Positions 1-12,838 of a stretch of DNA of 64,000 nucleotides are shown here, one piece after another; position 1 is the stretch's first letter; every line of letters starts with the position of its first letter. Source of the stretch: Eledone cirrhosa (lineage: Eukaryota); assembly GCA_964016885.1 (NCBI GenBank), contig OZ024753.1, forward strand, positions 6,882,001 through 6,946,000. Reading direction: 5' to 3'. The notes below the pieces were generated by a model. It saw only the letters and a list, made by a program, of their open reading frames with translations. It searched no databases and was not told the origin of the DNA. The translations under genes and the position numbers were made by a program.

Positions 1-27
1 ATATATATATTTATATATATATATATT

Positions 28-158
<131 letters not shown>

Positions 159-190
159 AGCTTCTCGCTAAAACAATTTCTATACCTTTC

Positions 191-246
<56 letters not shown>

Positions 247-929
247 GTAATTCTAGTTTAGTACTCACTTTAAGGATGCGAATGATTGTTTCCATTAAAT
301 TATTGCACCTTTTAGACAACAGACAGAAACTTGAAAGTAATGTTGGTATATATCTGGAGTGCGAGTACCTTACTTTTTCTGTTTTATTAACTTCACAATT
401 TTCACTGAAGATCCTCAGACAATTCCGGGATTTGTACAACTAACATTTGTGATAAGACCTCTTTATGTAACTGATACTAACAGTTCATCATTGGTGAAAG
501 CGGCGCTGATTTGGGTATATATCAATATTTTAGATATTTTATATTAATTGATTCGATTATCGATTGGTCGATATTAATTATATTAATTTTATAAACAACC
601 CTAATTAATCTGTGGGTATGTATCAATGTTTTTTGATAGTTTAAGTTAATTGATCTGATTAATGAGTTGTCGCTAAATGAATTAATTTTCTTGATAACCC
701 TAATTAATGTGTTTAATATAGCAACTACACTACTAAATCTGTATGAAAGTACTCCTTGGCCTGAATTAATATAGTATTAAGTAAGTTAGTACGTGGAACG
801 TGATGTGATGACATTGATGTACAAAGCCGCGTGTACCCGCGTGATTTCGAAAAGTTATTAGGGTACGCGAGCGCACATACAAATACACACGTGTGTGTGT
901 GTGTGTGTGTGTGTATAAAGGTTAAATAG

Positions 930-1190
930 ACATAAGAACACACTCGGGACATTATATGGAAGGAATATATTAAGTTCTCGCACGCTTGAAACAGCAGGAA
1001 GAGGGACTTAACGTTTCGGACGCTAGTCCTTCATCAGAAGAGAGAATGAGAAATTAGAAAGATTGAAGGGTCATATATATATATATATAACAAGCAAGTT
1101 TGTTTTGAATATACAAGCGAATTTGAAAATAGAAAAAGAAGCTTTAGCCTGAAAGAAAAGTCAGCCTGATAGTGGGGTTTAGAACCCTCT
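930..1190 (-). mobile_element. Penelope-like pseudo-LTR fragment with minimal hammerhead; second copy at about 56920-57230
   Basis: Clear similarity between 950-1190 and 56925-57230 (atatggaaggaatatatt...gcaggaagagg...gagagaatgagaaattagaaaga...tggggtttagaaccctc); microsatellite flanks; hammerhead motif inside. Confidence 0.55.
1007..1040 (-). ncRNA. Minimal type I hammerhead ribozyme motif
   Basis: Minus strand reads ctt-CTGATGA-a-ggac-tagc-gtcc-GAAA-cg-TT-aag. Stem I is ctt/aag, stem II ggac/gtcc, and palindromic ACGT replaces stem III, as in minimal dimer-type Penelope hammerheads. Confidence 0.6.
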
Positions 1191-1833
1191 AAGAGAGAGA
1201 GAGAGAGAGAGATAGAGAGAGAGAGAGGGTTTGTGTTAGTGTAATTGTAAATATAAATATATATTCATGAGCATACATACACGTTCACACCTACATATAT
1301 ATAATATATACATATATGTGGGTGGAGGTGTATGTGCGTGCGTGTACGTGTGCGTGTGTGTGTGTGTGCGAGGATGCGCGTACGTGCGTGCGGGAATGTG
1401 GACAGGTTTCTGCGAATAGCTACGTTCATGGTGATATGAGAATGGAGCTGATTTTACGTTTGATAGTAACGCTGAAGAAAAGGAAGAGAATGAAAAACGA
1501 TGACGATGATGATAATGATGATGATTGTGGTTGAGCTATCACGGTGTTGTAGGTGTAGGTGGCGTCGATGAAGATCGTAATGATGAATATGACTAGGATG
1601 TTGACAAGTTGCATGTCTTAATCGATTTCAACATGAAACTGGGGGTGAACCTGTGTGCATCGATCTGTCTACTGGGTGATTAATCTATAACATGTCTTTA
1701 TACCAACAGGAATTCGAATGTAGGAGTGTGTGTAAGGAAAGAGATCAAAAGTAGTAACATGAAAAGTGCAATGTTATAAACTCGATGAGTGAGAAGGGCG
1801 GATTAGATACATACAATCATATATATATATATA

Positions 1834-2024
1834 TTTTAATATAGATGAGATTCTACAGGACTAGAACTGTTTCATTCTTTAGAAATCATCAGGATTCCTG
1901 ATGATTTCTAAAGAATGAAACAGTTCTAGTCCTGTAGAATCTCATCTATATTAAAACTTTTATACTCTGCAATGTATTGAGTACCTTACTTACTGTGGTT
2001 ACCTCCGATTCAACCCGGAATAAC

Positions 2025-2072
<48 letters not shown>

Positions 2073-2345
2073 ATACTTGGAGAGGGTCATATTGTTGTAA
2101 TAATATTGCCAGGAATAATAACGGGTTCAATCGGGGGTAACCACAGTAAGTAAGGTACTCAATACATATTTAATATACAAAGGCTTCTACAGGACTAGAA
2201 CTGTTTCATTCGGGAGAAATCCTCAGGGCTTCCTGTCGAATGAAACAGTTCTAGTCCTGTAGATGCATTTCTATATTAAATATTTACACTCTGCTTTGTA
2301 TTGAGTACCTTACTTGCTGTGGTTATCCCTAATTGAACCCGGGAT
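1834..2345. mobile_element. Fold-back (TA)n-embedded element family: perfect palindrome 1834-1956, imperfect one 2166-2282; other copies at about 13075-13255 and 19940-19990
   Basis: 61-bp perfect inverted arms around a single base at 1895; shared flank gtattgagtacctta...tgtggtta...aacccgg in both orientations; CTGATGA...GAAAC lies next to the symmetry axis. Confidence 0.6.
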
Positions 2346-2554
2346 AAACATATATATATATATATAAGAGAGTGTTGAAGTTTGCTTGAAGCATTGTGGA
2401 ATACTAAAATTGGTCGTTTTGGAAGCCCCAACACGGTAAACAACAGAGGCCTCGTGTTGTCCCTCTCCGACAAAAAAAGATATACACAGGTGATGGATGC
2501 GACATCCGAAATATAGGGACAATTAAATCACTTCCAAGGTAACTATCTCGTGTT

Positions 2555-2742
2555 ATTGGTAGTATTGGTAGAGTGTCGGATGCCATGCTTTGGCGCATAG
2601 AGTTATGGCCCTTGCCATTCTGAGTTCAAATCCCGCTGAGATTAACTTTGCCTTTCATCCTTACAGGGTCGATAAAATAAAGTACCAGGTAATACACTGG
2701 GTAATTGCTGGCCTTGTGCCTAACGTAGAAACAGTTATTATT
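2555..2742 (+). mobile_element. tRNA-derived SINE (family 1)
   Basis: A-box-like tggtagtattggtagag, B-box gagttcaaatcc, central gcctttcatcctt.c.gggtcgataaaataaagtacc (resembles the Deu/Nin SINE domain from memory), tail gtagaaaca(tta)n; many copies in the window. Confidence 0.85.
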
Positions 2743-2921
2743 TTTACACTTTTCCTACGTTCCTCTACACCTACATCTCTTTCTACATTTCCTCATAGAT
2801 CTCTCTCTCTCATTACCACCTGATTCTGTTACCCGGAAATTTACCCATCTGCATTGTCGAGGCTTCCAAAACGACCAAATATATATATATATTCAATTAT
2901 GTAATAACAACACAATATAAT

Positions 2922-2990
2922 TATTCCATTACCCAAGATTTCACGAAGTTAGACGATTCTAACATCTGATATCGTTCATCAGAAGGAATA
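2922..2990 (-). ncRNA. Type I hammerhead ribozyme motif (homolog of 57344-57419)
   Basis: Minus: tattcctt-CTGATGA-acga...gttaga-atcg-tctaac-t-tcgt-GAAA-tcttggg-TA-atggaata. Stem I pairs at 7 of 8 positions and stem II is bipartite. Confidence 0.65.
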
Positions 2991-3123
2991 TTTATTTGGA
3001 TATAAGATTTGAAATTAAAATCTATTATATATGAAAGTCATGCTGAAATGAAATAACGGAAACAATTCATCTACACACAGAATCAGATATACATAGATGC
3101 ACACAACGTAAAATTAGGGATAA

Positions 3124-3160
<37 letters not shown>

Positions 3161-3328
3161 TATATGCAGAGGTTATATTTAATTTGTTGGGATTCAACAA
3201 GCTTAAACATTTTTATAACTGATATAAAGCACTCAATAGTTTAGTGGAGTATTTTATATCCAGCGAATTTCAACCGTTGAGGTTGTCTTTTTACGGGTAT
3301 GTCAATATTTATTTATAAAACAAATCTG

Positions 3329-3394
3329 TATTTTATCTGATGAAAGCGCACCATAATTTACATTGGTCGCCCTTGAAATATATATAATAAAATA
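3329..3394 (+). ncRNA. Type I hammerhead ribozyme motif
   Basis: tattttat-CTGATGA-aag...ctt-GAAA-tatata-TA-ataaaata: perfect 8-bp stem I, intact core, palindromic stem III region. Lies in a (TA)n-flanked element at about 3169-3430. Confidence 0.75.
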
Positions 3395-3425
3395 ATTATG
3401 GTTTTATAAATATAGTTTCCATTTA

Positions 3426-3474
<49 letters not shown>

Positions 3475-3554
3475 AGTCGATCGACAAGATCCCAGGCGTC
3501 ATTCGCTTAACGAGTGGGGTGGAGCACGTCAAATTGGACCGAGGAAACAATATT

Positions 3555-3885
3555 AACCTCGCCGGGATTTGAAATCAGACTGTAAAGGGCCGTAACTATG
3601 CTGCAAAGCATGCTGTGCGACAATCTACCGATTCTGCCAATCCAATTTACAATAAGTATTTCTACTATAGGCACAAGACCAGCAATTTACAGAGAGGGCA
3701 AAGTCAATTAAATCCACTGGTACTTTATTTTCACCCCAGTGCATGACTGGTACTTTATTTTACCGACCCCGAAAGGATGAAAGGTATAGTTAACCTCGGC
3801 GGGATTTGAACTCAGATCATAAAGGGCCGTAACGATATGCTGCAAAGCCTGGTGTGTGACGCTCTACCGATTTTGCCAATCCAAT
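3555..3885 (-). mobile_element. Two adjacent SINE family 1 copies (one partial, one longer variant)
   Basis: Reverse complement of the SINE consensus: ggatgaaagg..agttaacctcggcgggatttgaactcaga...gccaatcca. Confidence 0.8.
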
Positions 3886-4435
3886 TTATAATAATAAATA
3901 TGAGAAAATATATGAAAATATTTTATTGATTAAACAATTTTGATTCTATTCGAATCCACTCTTTAGCCTATTAGTATTTCATAGAAATGCTATGTATATT
4001 TAATTATCTGCTTTATTGAATTTTGTAAGGTAGACTTAATTCGAAAGTCGTCGTTGAAGTACCAAATATTCTATCTTTCTTCGTTTAAATAATTGCTGAA
4101 TATTGAAATAAATGGAGCGTTAAAAGTGATCCACTTCAAATATGCAAATTTAAACAAGATGAATATAAAAAATCAGTAATGCATGAAAGCATGAAACAAA
4201 AGAAAAAATAGATTTTAAAATGTTAACGTAAAGAAAAAGCTCCATCGTAATCATATTTAAATGAAAAATATGAATTAAAATTTCAATTAAAGTTTTAGAA
4301 AACTATCCTTCATATATTTCAAATGAAAAATATAAATTTAAATAAAATTGTGTCGTTGAACCACGACAGAGAAAACAAGCTGAATTGCTTCAAATATCTC
4401 TTTATATCTGATCCAGATTCACGATTGCTGTAGCG

Positions 4436-4862
4436 ACTACTACTACTACCTCAACAACTACTACTACTAGTACTACTCCTAGTACAACTACTACTACAAT
4501 TACTACTACTACTACTACTACTACTACGTAGACTTTGTCTGTGTTTGTGCGTGGTTGTGTGCATAGACTTATGCATGGTTGCATACTTAAGTTATTTTCT
4601 ACGAGACCATGAGATTGCGGGTTCATTTGCGAAGAGAGAGAAAGAGAGATGAAAAGAAAAGAAAGAATCAGAGAGAGAAAGAAAAGAAAGAGAAAGAGAA
4701 AAGAAAGAGAGAGACAAGAGAGAGAAAGAGAAAGAAAGAGGAAAGAGAGAGAGAAAAGAGAGAGAAAGAGAAAAGAGAAAGAGAGAAAGAGAAAGAGAGA
4801 AAGAGAAAGAGAGAAAGAGAAAGAGAGAAAGAGAGGGATGGAGCGAGAGGGCGAGAGAGAGA
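4436..4862. repeat. (CTA)n microsatellite (4436-4528) and GA-rich polypurine tract (4630-4862)
   Basis: Direct reading. Confidence 0.9.
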
Positions 4863-5160
4863 GCTTGTGCAATTACTTATACATCTCGAATGAATTAGTT
4901 GTTTGTTGACAATTAAACAAAATCCAGGAAACTAATTATTGTATTACATTTAAATATCAGTTGAAATATTAAAGAGAAGCTGGTCAGTAAAACATCGAGG
5001 ATTTACACAACTTCATTTCGTAAGCTGTAATCCACGAATTATTCTTTTAAATTATTGATTCCGTAATGTTTAACGGGTCTTATGCTCGTATATATATAAA
5101 CATGTGCATTCACGGAGGCACATACACACAAACAGGTGTAGATATACACATACAACCCCT

Positions 5161-5167
<7 letters not shown>

Positions 5168-5215
<48 letters not shown>

Positions 5216-5301
5216 TCATCATCGTTTAATGTCCATTTTCCATATATATATATATATATAACATATATTTCCTTATATATATATATATATTACATATATT
5301 T

Positions 5302-5351
<50 letters not shown>

Positions 5352-5391
5352 CATATATTTCCTTATATATATATATATATTACATATATTT

Positions 5392-5445
<54 letters not shown>

Positions 5446-5516
5446 CATATATTTCCTTATATATATATATATATTACATATATTTCCTTATATATATATA
5501 TATATTACATATATGT

Positions 5517-5558
<42 letters not shown>

Positions 5559-5648
5559 CCTTATATATATATATATATTTCCTTATATATATATATATAT
5601 ATTTCCCTATATATATATATATATTTCCTTATATATATATATATATTT

Positions 5649-5686
<38 letters not shown>

Positions 5687-5734
5687 CATATATTTCCTTA
5701 TATATATATATATATATATATATTACATATATTT

Positions 5735-5768
<34 letters not shown>

Positions 5769-5777
5769 CATATATTT

Positions 5778-5811
<34 letters not shown>
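5168..5811. repeat. (TA)n tract with recurring ttacatatatttcctta interruption
   Basis: Direct reading. Confidence 0.9.
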
Positions 5812-5814
<3 letters not shown>

Positions 5815-6045
5815 CTGAATAGGGCTGAAGAACGCGGCATGATCCGAGTAACTACGCCCGGTTACCATGTATTTTATACAATCTAATATGTATGTATGTG
5901 TGTGTGTGTGTGTATATATGATGTGTGTGTGTGTGTGTGCGTGCGTGTGTGTGTGTGCGTGTGTGTGTGAACGGTAGAAGGCTTCAAGGATACCATCTTG
6001 TTTTAATTTGGATTGTCTCTAGAATGTAACGCTATTATGTAAGAA

Positions 6046-6118
6046 GCTGTCTGATGAGTTCATGACACTGGTTAGGCAGAATCGCGTGGACACTCGTCAT
6101 TGAAACATGTATCACAGC
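6046..6118 (+). ncRNA. Type I hammerhead ribozyme motif (homolog of 39612-39685)
   Basis: gctgt-CTGATGA-gttc-atgac...gtcat-t-GAAA-catgta-TC-acagc; stem I is gctgt/acagc. Confidence 0.65.
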
Positions 6119-6380
6119 CTTATTAATAAAGGACTTTAACCTCCGAAACTATTTCGCATATTTTTTTTATTATATATATATATATATATACGTTTAAATT
6201 CGGTGGTTTACCACTGGGTAGCATGGTCAATCTGCACTGTTAACAATACGTAATATGAGAAAAGCACTCGACGTCATACAACTCATCCATCTTCGATGTT
6301 CAATCATGTTGGTGGTGCGAGAACAGAGTAAATGTATTATAAAGTGAACAGACAAGAGCCCAAATATGTTGAATTTCCTT

Positions 6381-6424
<44 letters not shown>

Positions 6425-6427
<3 letters not shown>

Positions 6428-6612
6428 TGGATTGGCAGTATTGGTAGAGGGTCGGACGCCATGCTTTGACACAGAGTTACGGCCCTTGCCATTCTGATTT
6501 CAAATCCCGCCGAGGTTAACTTTGCCTTTCATCCTTACGGGGTCGATTAAATAAAGTACCAGTAATGCACTAGTTAATTGCTGGCCTTGTGCCAAAAGTA
6601 GAAACAATTATT
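6425..6612 (+). mobile_element. tRNA-derived SINE (family 1), near full length
   Basis: ggtggattggcagtattggtagagggtcggacgccatgc...gtagaaacaattatt. Confidence 0.85.
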
Positions 6613-6614
6613 TT

Positions 6615-6794
6615 AATAATGACTTATACCTTAGGGAGCCGTCCAGAAAGTATATACATTGGAGCAAATCGAGATTGAAGCACAAATCTGAAAATTGGAA
6701 GTCCTAGAAGCTTACCAAAACACATCGCTTACATCTATTCAGTACACAGTTAATGGATGAATATTTAAAATTTAATGGTATTTTAACCACCCAC

Positions 6795-6800
<6 letters not shown>
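6615..6800. mobile_element. Dispersed repeat, inverted copy at about 32474-32665
   Basis: High similarity to the reverse complement of 32474-32665; both abut (TA)n. Confidence 0.7.
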
Positions 6801-6838
<38 letters not shown>

Positions 6839-6844
<6 letters not shown>

Positions 6845-7022
6845 GGATTTAAATGGATACAGTTCAGTTAAAAGGAATTTATTGACACGTGTTTCAATAA
6901 CAGTTAAATGACCTGAAAACAATAACAGTTACATAACCTGTTTTCAGGTTATGTAACTGTTATTGAAACACGTGTCAATAAAGTCCTTTTAACTGAACTG
7001 TATCCATTTAAATCCTTCTATT
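6839..7022. mobile_element. Fold-back element with nested hairpin and the 3' half of a hammerhead (GAAA-cacgtg-TC)
   Basis: 6839-6905 is inverted relative to 6955-7022; inner perfect hairpin aataacagttacataacctg-tttt-caggttatgtaactgttatt. Confidence 0.6.
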
Positions 7023-7127
7023 TTCTCCGGATTACTTTTGAAAGTACAACTGGAACCGTCGAGCAAACTCTACGTGAGCTGTCCATCTACTGTGTGTAAT
7101 ATTCATATTACAACACTACGGAAAATA

Positions 7128-7175
<48 letters not shown>

Positions 7176-7387
7176 GCTGGCCTTGTGCCAAAAGTAGAAA
7201 CATTATTATTATTATTGGCCAATAAATGAAATCATTATTATTATTATTATTATTAATATTACTACTACTAATAATGATATTAATATTACTTGCTCATGAT
7301 GTTGTATGAACACTATAACTGTATGGATTTATGTTACTACTTCTACCATTTCTAATACACTGACCTCTCTCTCTTTCTTTCTTTCAG

Positions 7388-7452
7388 GTGTTGATTCTAC
7401 AACAACGTGTACAGCTACAACAACTAATATTACATCTAAAGCTATGTACTAG
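7388..7452 (+). CDS. Candidate terminal coding exon (xVDSTTTCTATTTNITSKAMY*), product unknown
   Basis: Branch-like ctgac, long pyrimidine tract and cag at 7385-7387; phase-1 frame ends in TAG at 7450-7452; unique-looking downstream sequence with AATAAA at 7732-7737. No homology recognised. Confidence 0.3.
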
Positions 7453-8244
7453 TCAAGGATGCTGCAAATATATATTACTGCTTGAAATACAAGAAATACT
7501 ACATCTCCTGATTTTACAATTCCTACCACTGAATCATCTATCACATTTTGGTTGTAATTTATTTTCCCGACATGAAGAATTCAAATGAAATTCCACCATC
7601 AAAATAGACACTTATGGGACTTTAATTGAGAACGTACAATGCCTGAACTGAATGCTGTAGGGCAATCCAAGATATCGTTGGAATCCATTGTGACCTGGCC
7701 ATTCACTTCATTTATACAATATATCAATATTAATAAATAAATTATATATATATTATTCGTCTTCGAATTTGTTTTGCGATATTACTTATCTGAAAACGTG
7801 TGTTGAAACAGATACCGTTATACTTTGGGAAGGTCATTTTGCCAATAAAAACCAACGCACCTGTTGGATTTCACTTCAACTTATTATTAATTTCCGGTTG
7901 GTTGGTTGGTTAAATAATCGGAAGGTTGTTTATATAAACAACCTTCCTGTTATCGAACAAACCAACCAACCGGAAATTTATAATGGATTAAAGTGAAAAT
8001 GATCAAGTGCGTGTGTTTTTTTTTGGCAACATGGCCCTCCTAAGGTATAACAATATATATATATATATATATATATATTGCAAAAAAATTGTGTCCGTAG
8101 GCGGTATGCCGGTTGAGCACTCGATGCTCGCACAGGGCAGAGTATGATACTATAAGGATAGAGGAACAAGGATTCAGTGTTGCATCATAACATGTTACAA
8201 ATGTTTCACTATCGATCAACTCGAGGAAAGACCTATTATAGCAA

Positions 8245-8336
8245 GCATATCTGACGATCTTTCGATTACAGAGTCAGATTCGAACTATTATAAGTATTAC
8301 CTCGAGCTGATCGATAGAGAAACACATGTAATATGT
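8245..8336 (+). ncRNA. Type I hammerhead motif with long stem II, inside a fold-back element (about 8147-8380)
   Basis: gcatat-CTGACGA-tct-t-tcgatt...gatcga-t-aga-GAAA-cacatg-TA-atatgt; stem I catat/atatg. Confidence 0.65.
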
Positions 8337-8375
8337 TATGATGCAACACTGAATCCTTGTTCCTTTATCCTCATA

Positions 8376-8435
<60 letters not shown>

Positions 8436-8505
8436 TATTAGGGAGAGGATCAGGGGTGTATAACACTCCACTTATCCAACAGGCAGTATATGTAATCAAC
8501 CTTTA

Positions 8506-8551
8506 TGCTCTGATGAGTCCCACTTATAGTGCGGATGAAACAATGTTAGCA
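8506..8551 (+). ncRNA. Type I hammerhead ribozyme motif
   Basis: tgct-CTGATGA-gtcc-cact-tat-agtg-c-ggat-GAAA-caatg-TT-agca; sits in an element of about 160 bp (8432-8592) between (TA)n tracts. Confidence 0.75.
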
Positions 8552-8593
8552 AGTAAATATATGCATATGCTATAGGCGTTCTTTGTTGTTGAT

Positions 8594-8647
<54 letters not shown>

Positions 8648-8648
<1 letters not shown>

Positions 8649-9170
8649 ATGGCTGCCCCCCTCGTTATCGAGTATGACCATTGCATGATATACCATTATT
8701 AATTCTATCGTACAATGCCTGTGCGTGAGGATATTTTTATAAGTGAGGAAAAACTGTGCACTGAGCCAATCCCACTCTCTGAGCGGCAGTAGCTATAACC
8801 CGAAAAGAAGAAAAGATCAACATCATCGGTAGCTACTGAGCCGCAGGTTTTAGATGGGAGTTATCCCAGTTTCCAGAGTTGCCTTCTCCTAGAAGAATGC
8901 CCTGACAAAGGCAAGGGGTCCTTCACTTCTAGTGGTTTAACCGCCCGGTACCTGTGTATATACATATTTACACACTTTTGGATGGCCGTTGACTGTTATG
9001 AGTTCTTCCGACCTTTGTCAGGTTTTGATTTGTGTCCTACAGGGTGTCCAACATCACCTCCCTCACCAAGTAAACTTGGTGGGATTGGCGGTTTAGTCAC
9101 CGACGACCCAACCATGGGAAAGGTTGTACTAGGTTACATGATACCTATAGAACTCAAGAGTGATCCGACA
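8648..9170 (-). mobile_element. Non-coding retroelement, probably an RTE-related non-autonomous element; relative at 61281-61890
   Basis: Both ends are conserved between the two copies (tggctgcc..ctcgtt.tcgagta.g.cca and ttttggatggcc.ttgact...gtga.c.gac) with a divergent middle. RTE assignment and strand are inferred. Confidence 0.55.
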
Positions 9171-9204
9171 TATACATACATACATACATACATACATACA
9201 TACA

Positions 9205-9240
<36 letters not shown>

Positions 9241-9555
9241 TAATACATTCCTTATTCCGTTTTACTTCATTGATTTCGTCTTCGTTATTGAGGATTGTGT
9301 GGATGTATCAAGGTGAAACTGTGTTGGATTGACAACGTATTTGTGTTTGTTTATTATGAAGAGAAATTTGTCATATTAGAATTTTCTTCCATAAATATTC
9401 TTATTTTCAATATACGTTATACTTATTTCTCACAATATTTAGTGATAATATAATGAATATTGAAAGTTAAATGCCATTTTCTTGTTCCACGAATTTTATG
9501 AATCAATAACAAGTGACTTTCAACGAGATACATACAATGTAGCGATACATATTAA

Positions 9556-11315
<1,760 letters not shown>

Positions 11316-11447
11316 GGAACGAGTAGGACCCCGACAGCTGAGCTCAAGCCGTTTCGACAGCGAATTCTGAGTCCAGAATTAGCCGTCAAAAGTATTGAGT
11401 ACTTTGGTGCGTTATGGTCCATCTGGTTCCTTACCACATTTCCTTCG

Positions 11448-11450
<3 letters not shown>
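11316..11450. mobile_element. (TA)n-embedded fold-back family E (others at 30491-30698, 31301-31470, 37002-37110, 43727-43904, 59966-60115; diverged at 27120-27245 and 13265-13340)
   Basis: Shared taacgaagga..tgtggtaaggaaccagatggaccataacgcacc...ccgacggctgagctcaagccgtttcgacgg; most copies contain an inverted segment. Confidence 0.75.
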
Positions 11451-11506
<56 letters not shown>

Positions 11507-11600
11507 CTATTATTAGAATCTTTGGGTGTGTATATATTTATTGAAAGTTTAGTAGCGTCAATATATTTATCTAACAAATAGAACCTGAAATACCCAGGAC

Positions 11601-11907
11601 TCATCTAGAGCAAGGAGCAAATAGTGCAATAACCTGGAATTTAAAGACCCTCAACTCATTAATGAGCTGCCAAGAAATATGAGAAACAAATCCGTTGTGG
11701 ACATGAATATTTTCAAGAAACATCTTGACACCCGAGATATCAGATGAACCCACAGCACGCAACGAAGGGAACCTAAGGGAAGCAGCAACGGACACATTCC
11801 TATATCAATGACCAACTAAAGCAGGCTGGATATAGAAGGAGTTACAGCAAAGGCGATGCACCAGCATGGCCTCCACCCGATGGCTGGAACGGGTGAAAGA
11901 GTAAAAA
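11601..11907 (+). pseudogene. 3' fragment of a CR1-group LINE (ORF2 C-terminus plus 3' UTR)
   Basis: Translation SRARSK*CNNLEFKDPQLINELPRNMRNKSVVDMNIFKKHLD, then after a frameshift EISDEPTARNEGNLREAATDTFLYQ*. Fits the recalled N.LP...FK..LD...DEP ending of CR1-like ORF2. Confidence 0.65.
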
Positions 11908-11933
11908 CCAGTTAGACCATTACACGAAGTTTA

Positions 11934-11965
<32 letters not shown>

Positions 11966-12104
11966 ATCTATTATTAGCATCTTGGGTGTGTATAAATTTA
12001 TTGAATTTAGGAGCGTCAATATATTTATCTAACAAATTGAACATGAAAGGCCCAGGACTCAACTTGCTTGGTGATCATCAATACATTTCATTAATTATTT
12101 AAAT

Positions 12105-12222
12105 TGCTGAGTTCAAATCCTGCCGTGTTTAACTTTGCCTTTCATCCTTACGGGGTCGATGAAATAAAGTACCAGTAATGCACTGGGATAATTGCTGGCC
12201 TTGTGCCAAAAGTAGAAACAAT
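12105..12222 (+). mobile_element. SINE family 1, 5'-truncated
   Basis: ctgagttcaaatcc...gtagaaacaat. Confidence 0.8.
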
Positions 12223-12627
12223 GAATTATCTAAATTGTGCTGCTGATGTGTTACAGCCCATTGTGTCCATTGGTGTATTAAATCGTATCATAATCAGGTT
12301 TAATAAATTAATTTAAGTAAATTTTCAGTAGTTAATAACGATTACAATTTAAACTCGTAATCTTACGGATCAATTATCTTTTAGATTTGGCCTTAATTAT
12401 GTTGAATAATCAGAGATATTTGAGATTTTTTATTTCTTATATGCAATCTAATCTCCAACTGTGATCCATATAAAACAGGGTGTAGAATTACAGCGGCTCA
12501 CGTATGTATATGGCGGCATCTATTTATTGAAGATATAATAGATGTAATAGAATGCTGCAAATGGAAACTTTGTAAGAGGAAGAATGATCAAATATATAAC
12601 TAGGAACACACACACATACATACATAC

Positions 12628-12662
<35 letters not shown>

Positions 12663-12732
12663 TGAATTATGTGTCTAAAATTACGAGGGAAGAGAATACA
12701 CTGTGTTCATTTCTATATATATTATTATATAA

Positions 12733-12838
12733 TTATTTCTACTTTTGGCACAAGGCCAGCAAATACCCAGTACATTACTGGTATTTTATTTTATCGACCC
12801 CGTAAGGATGAAAAGCAAAGTTAACCTCGGCGGGATTA
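12733..12838 (-). mobile_element. SINE family 1, 5'-truncated
   Basis: Reverse complement of the SINE 3' half. Confidence 0.8.

Noticed and set aside
1896-1940. Complete hammerhead in the 1834-1956 palindrome
   Set aside because: CTGATGA, a weak stem II and GAAAC are present, but no stem I partner is visible, so it was not counted.
4402-4909. R/E/K-rich and L/S/F-rich ORFs
   Set aside because: Translation of a GA microsatellite.
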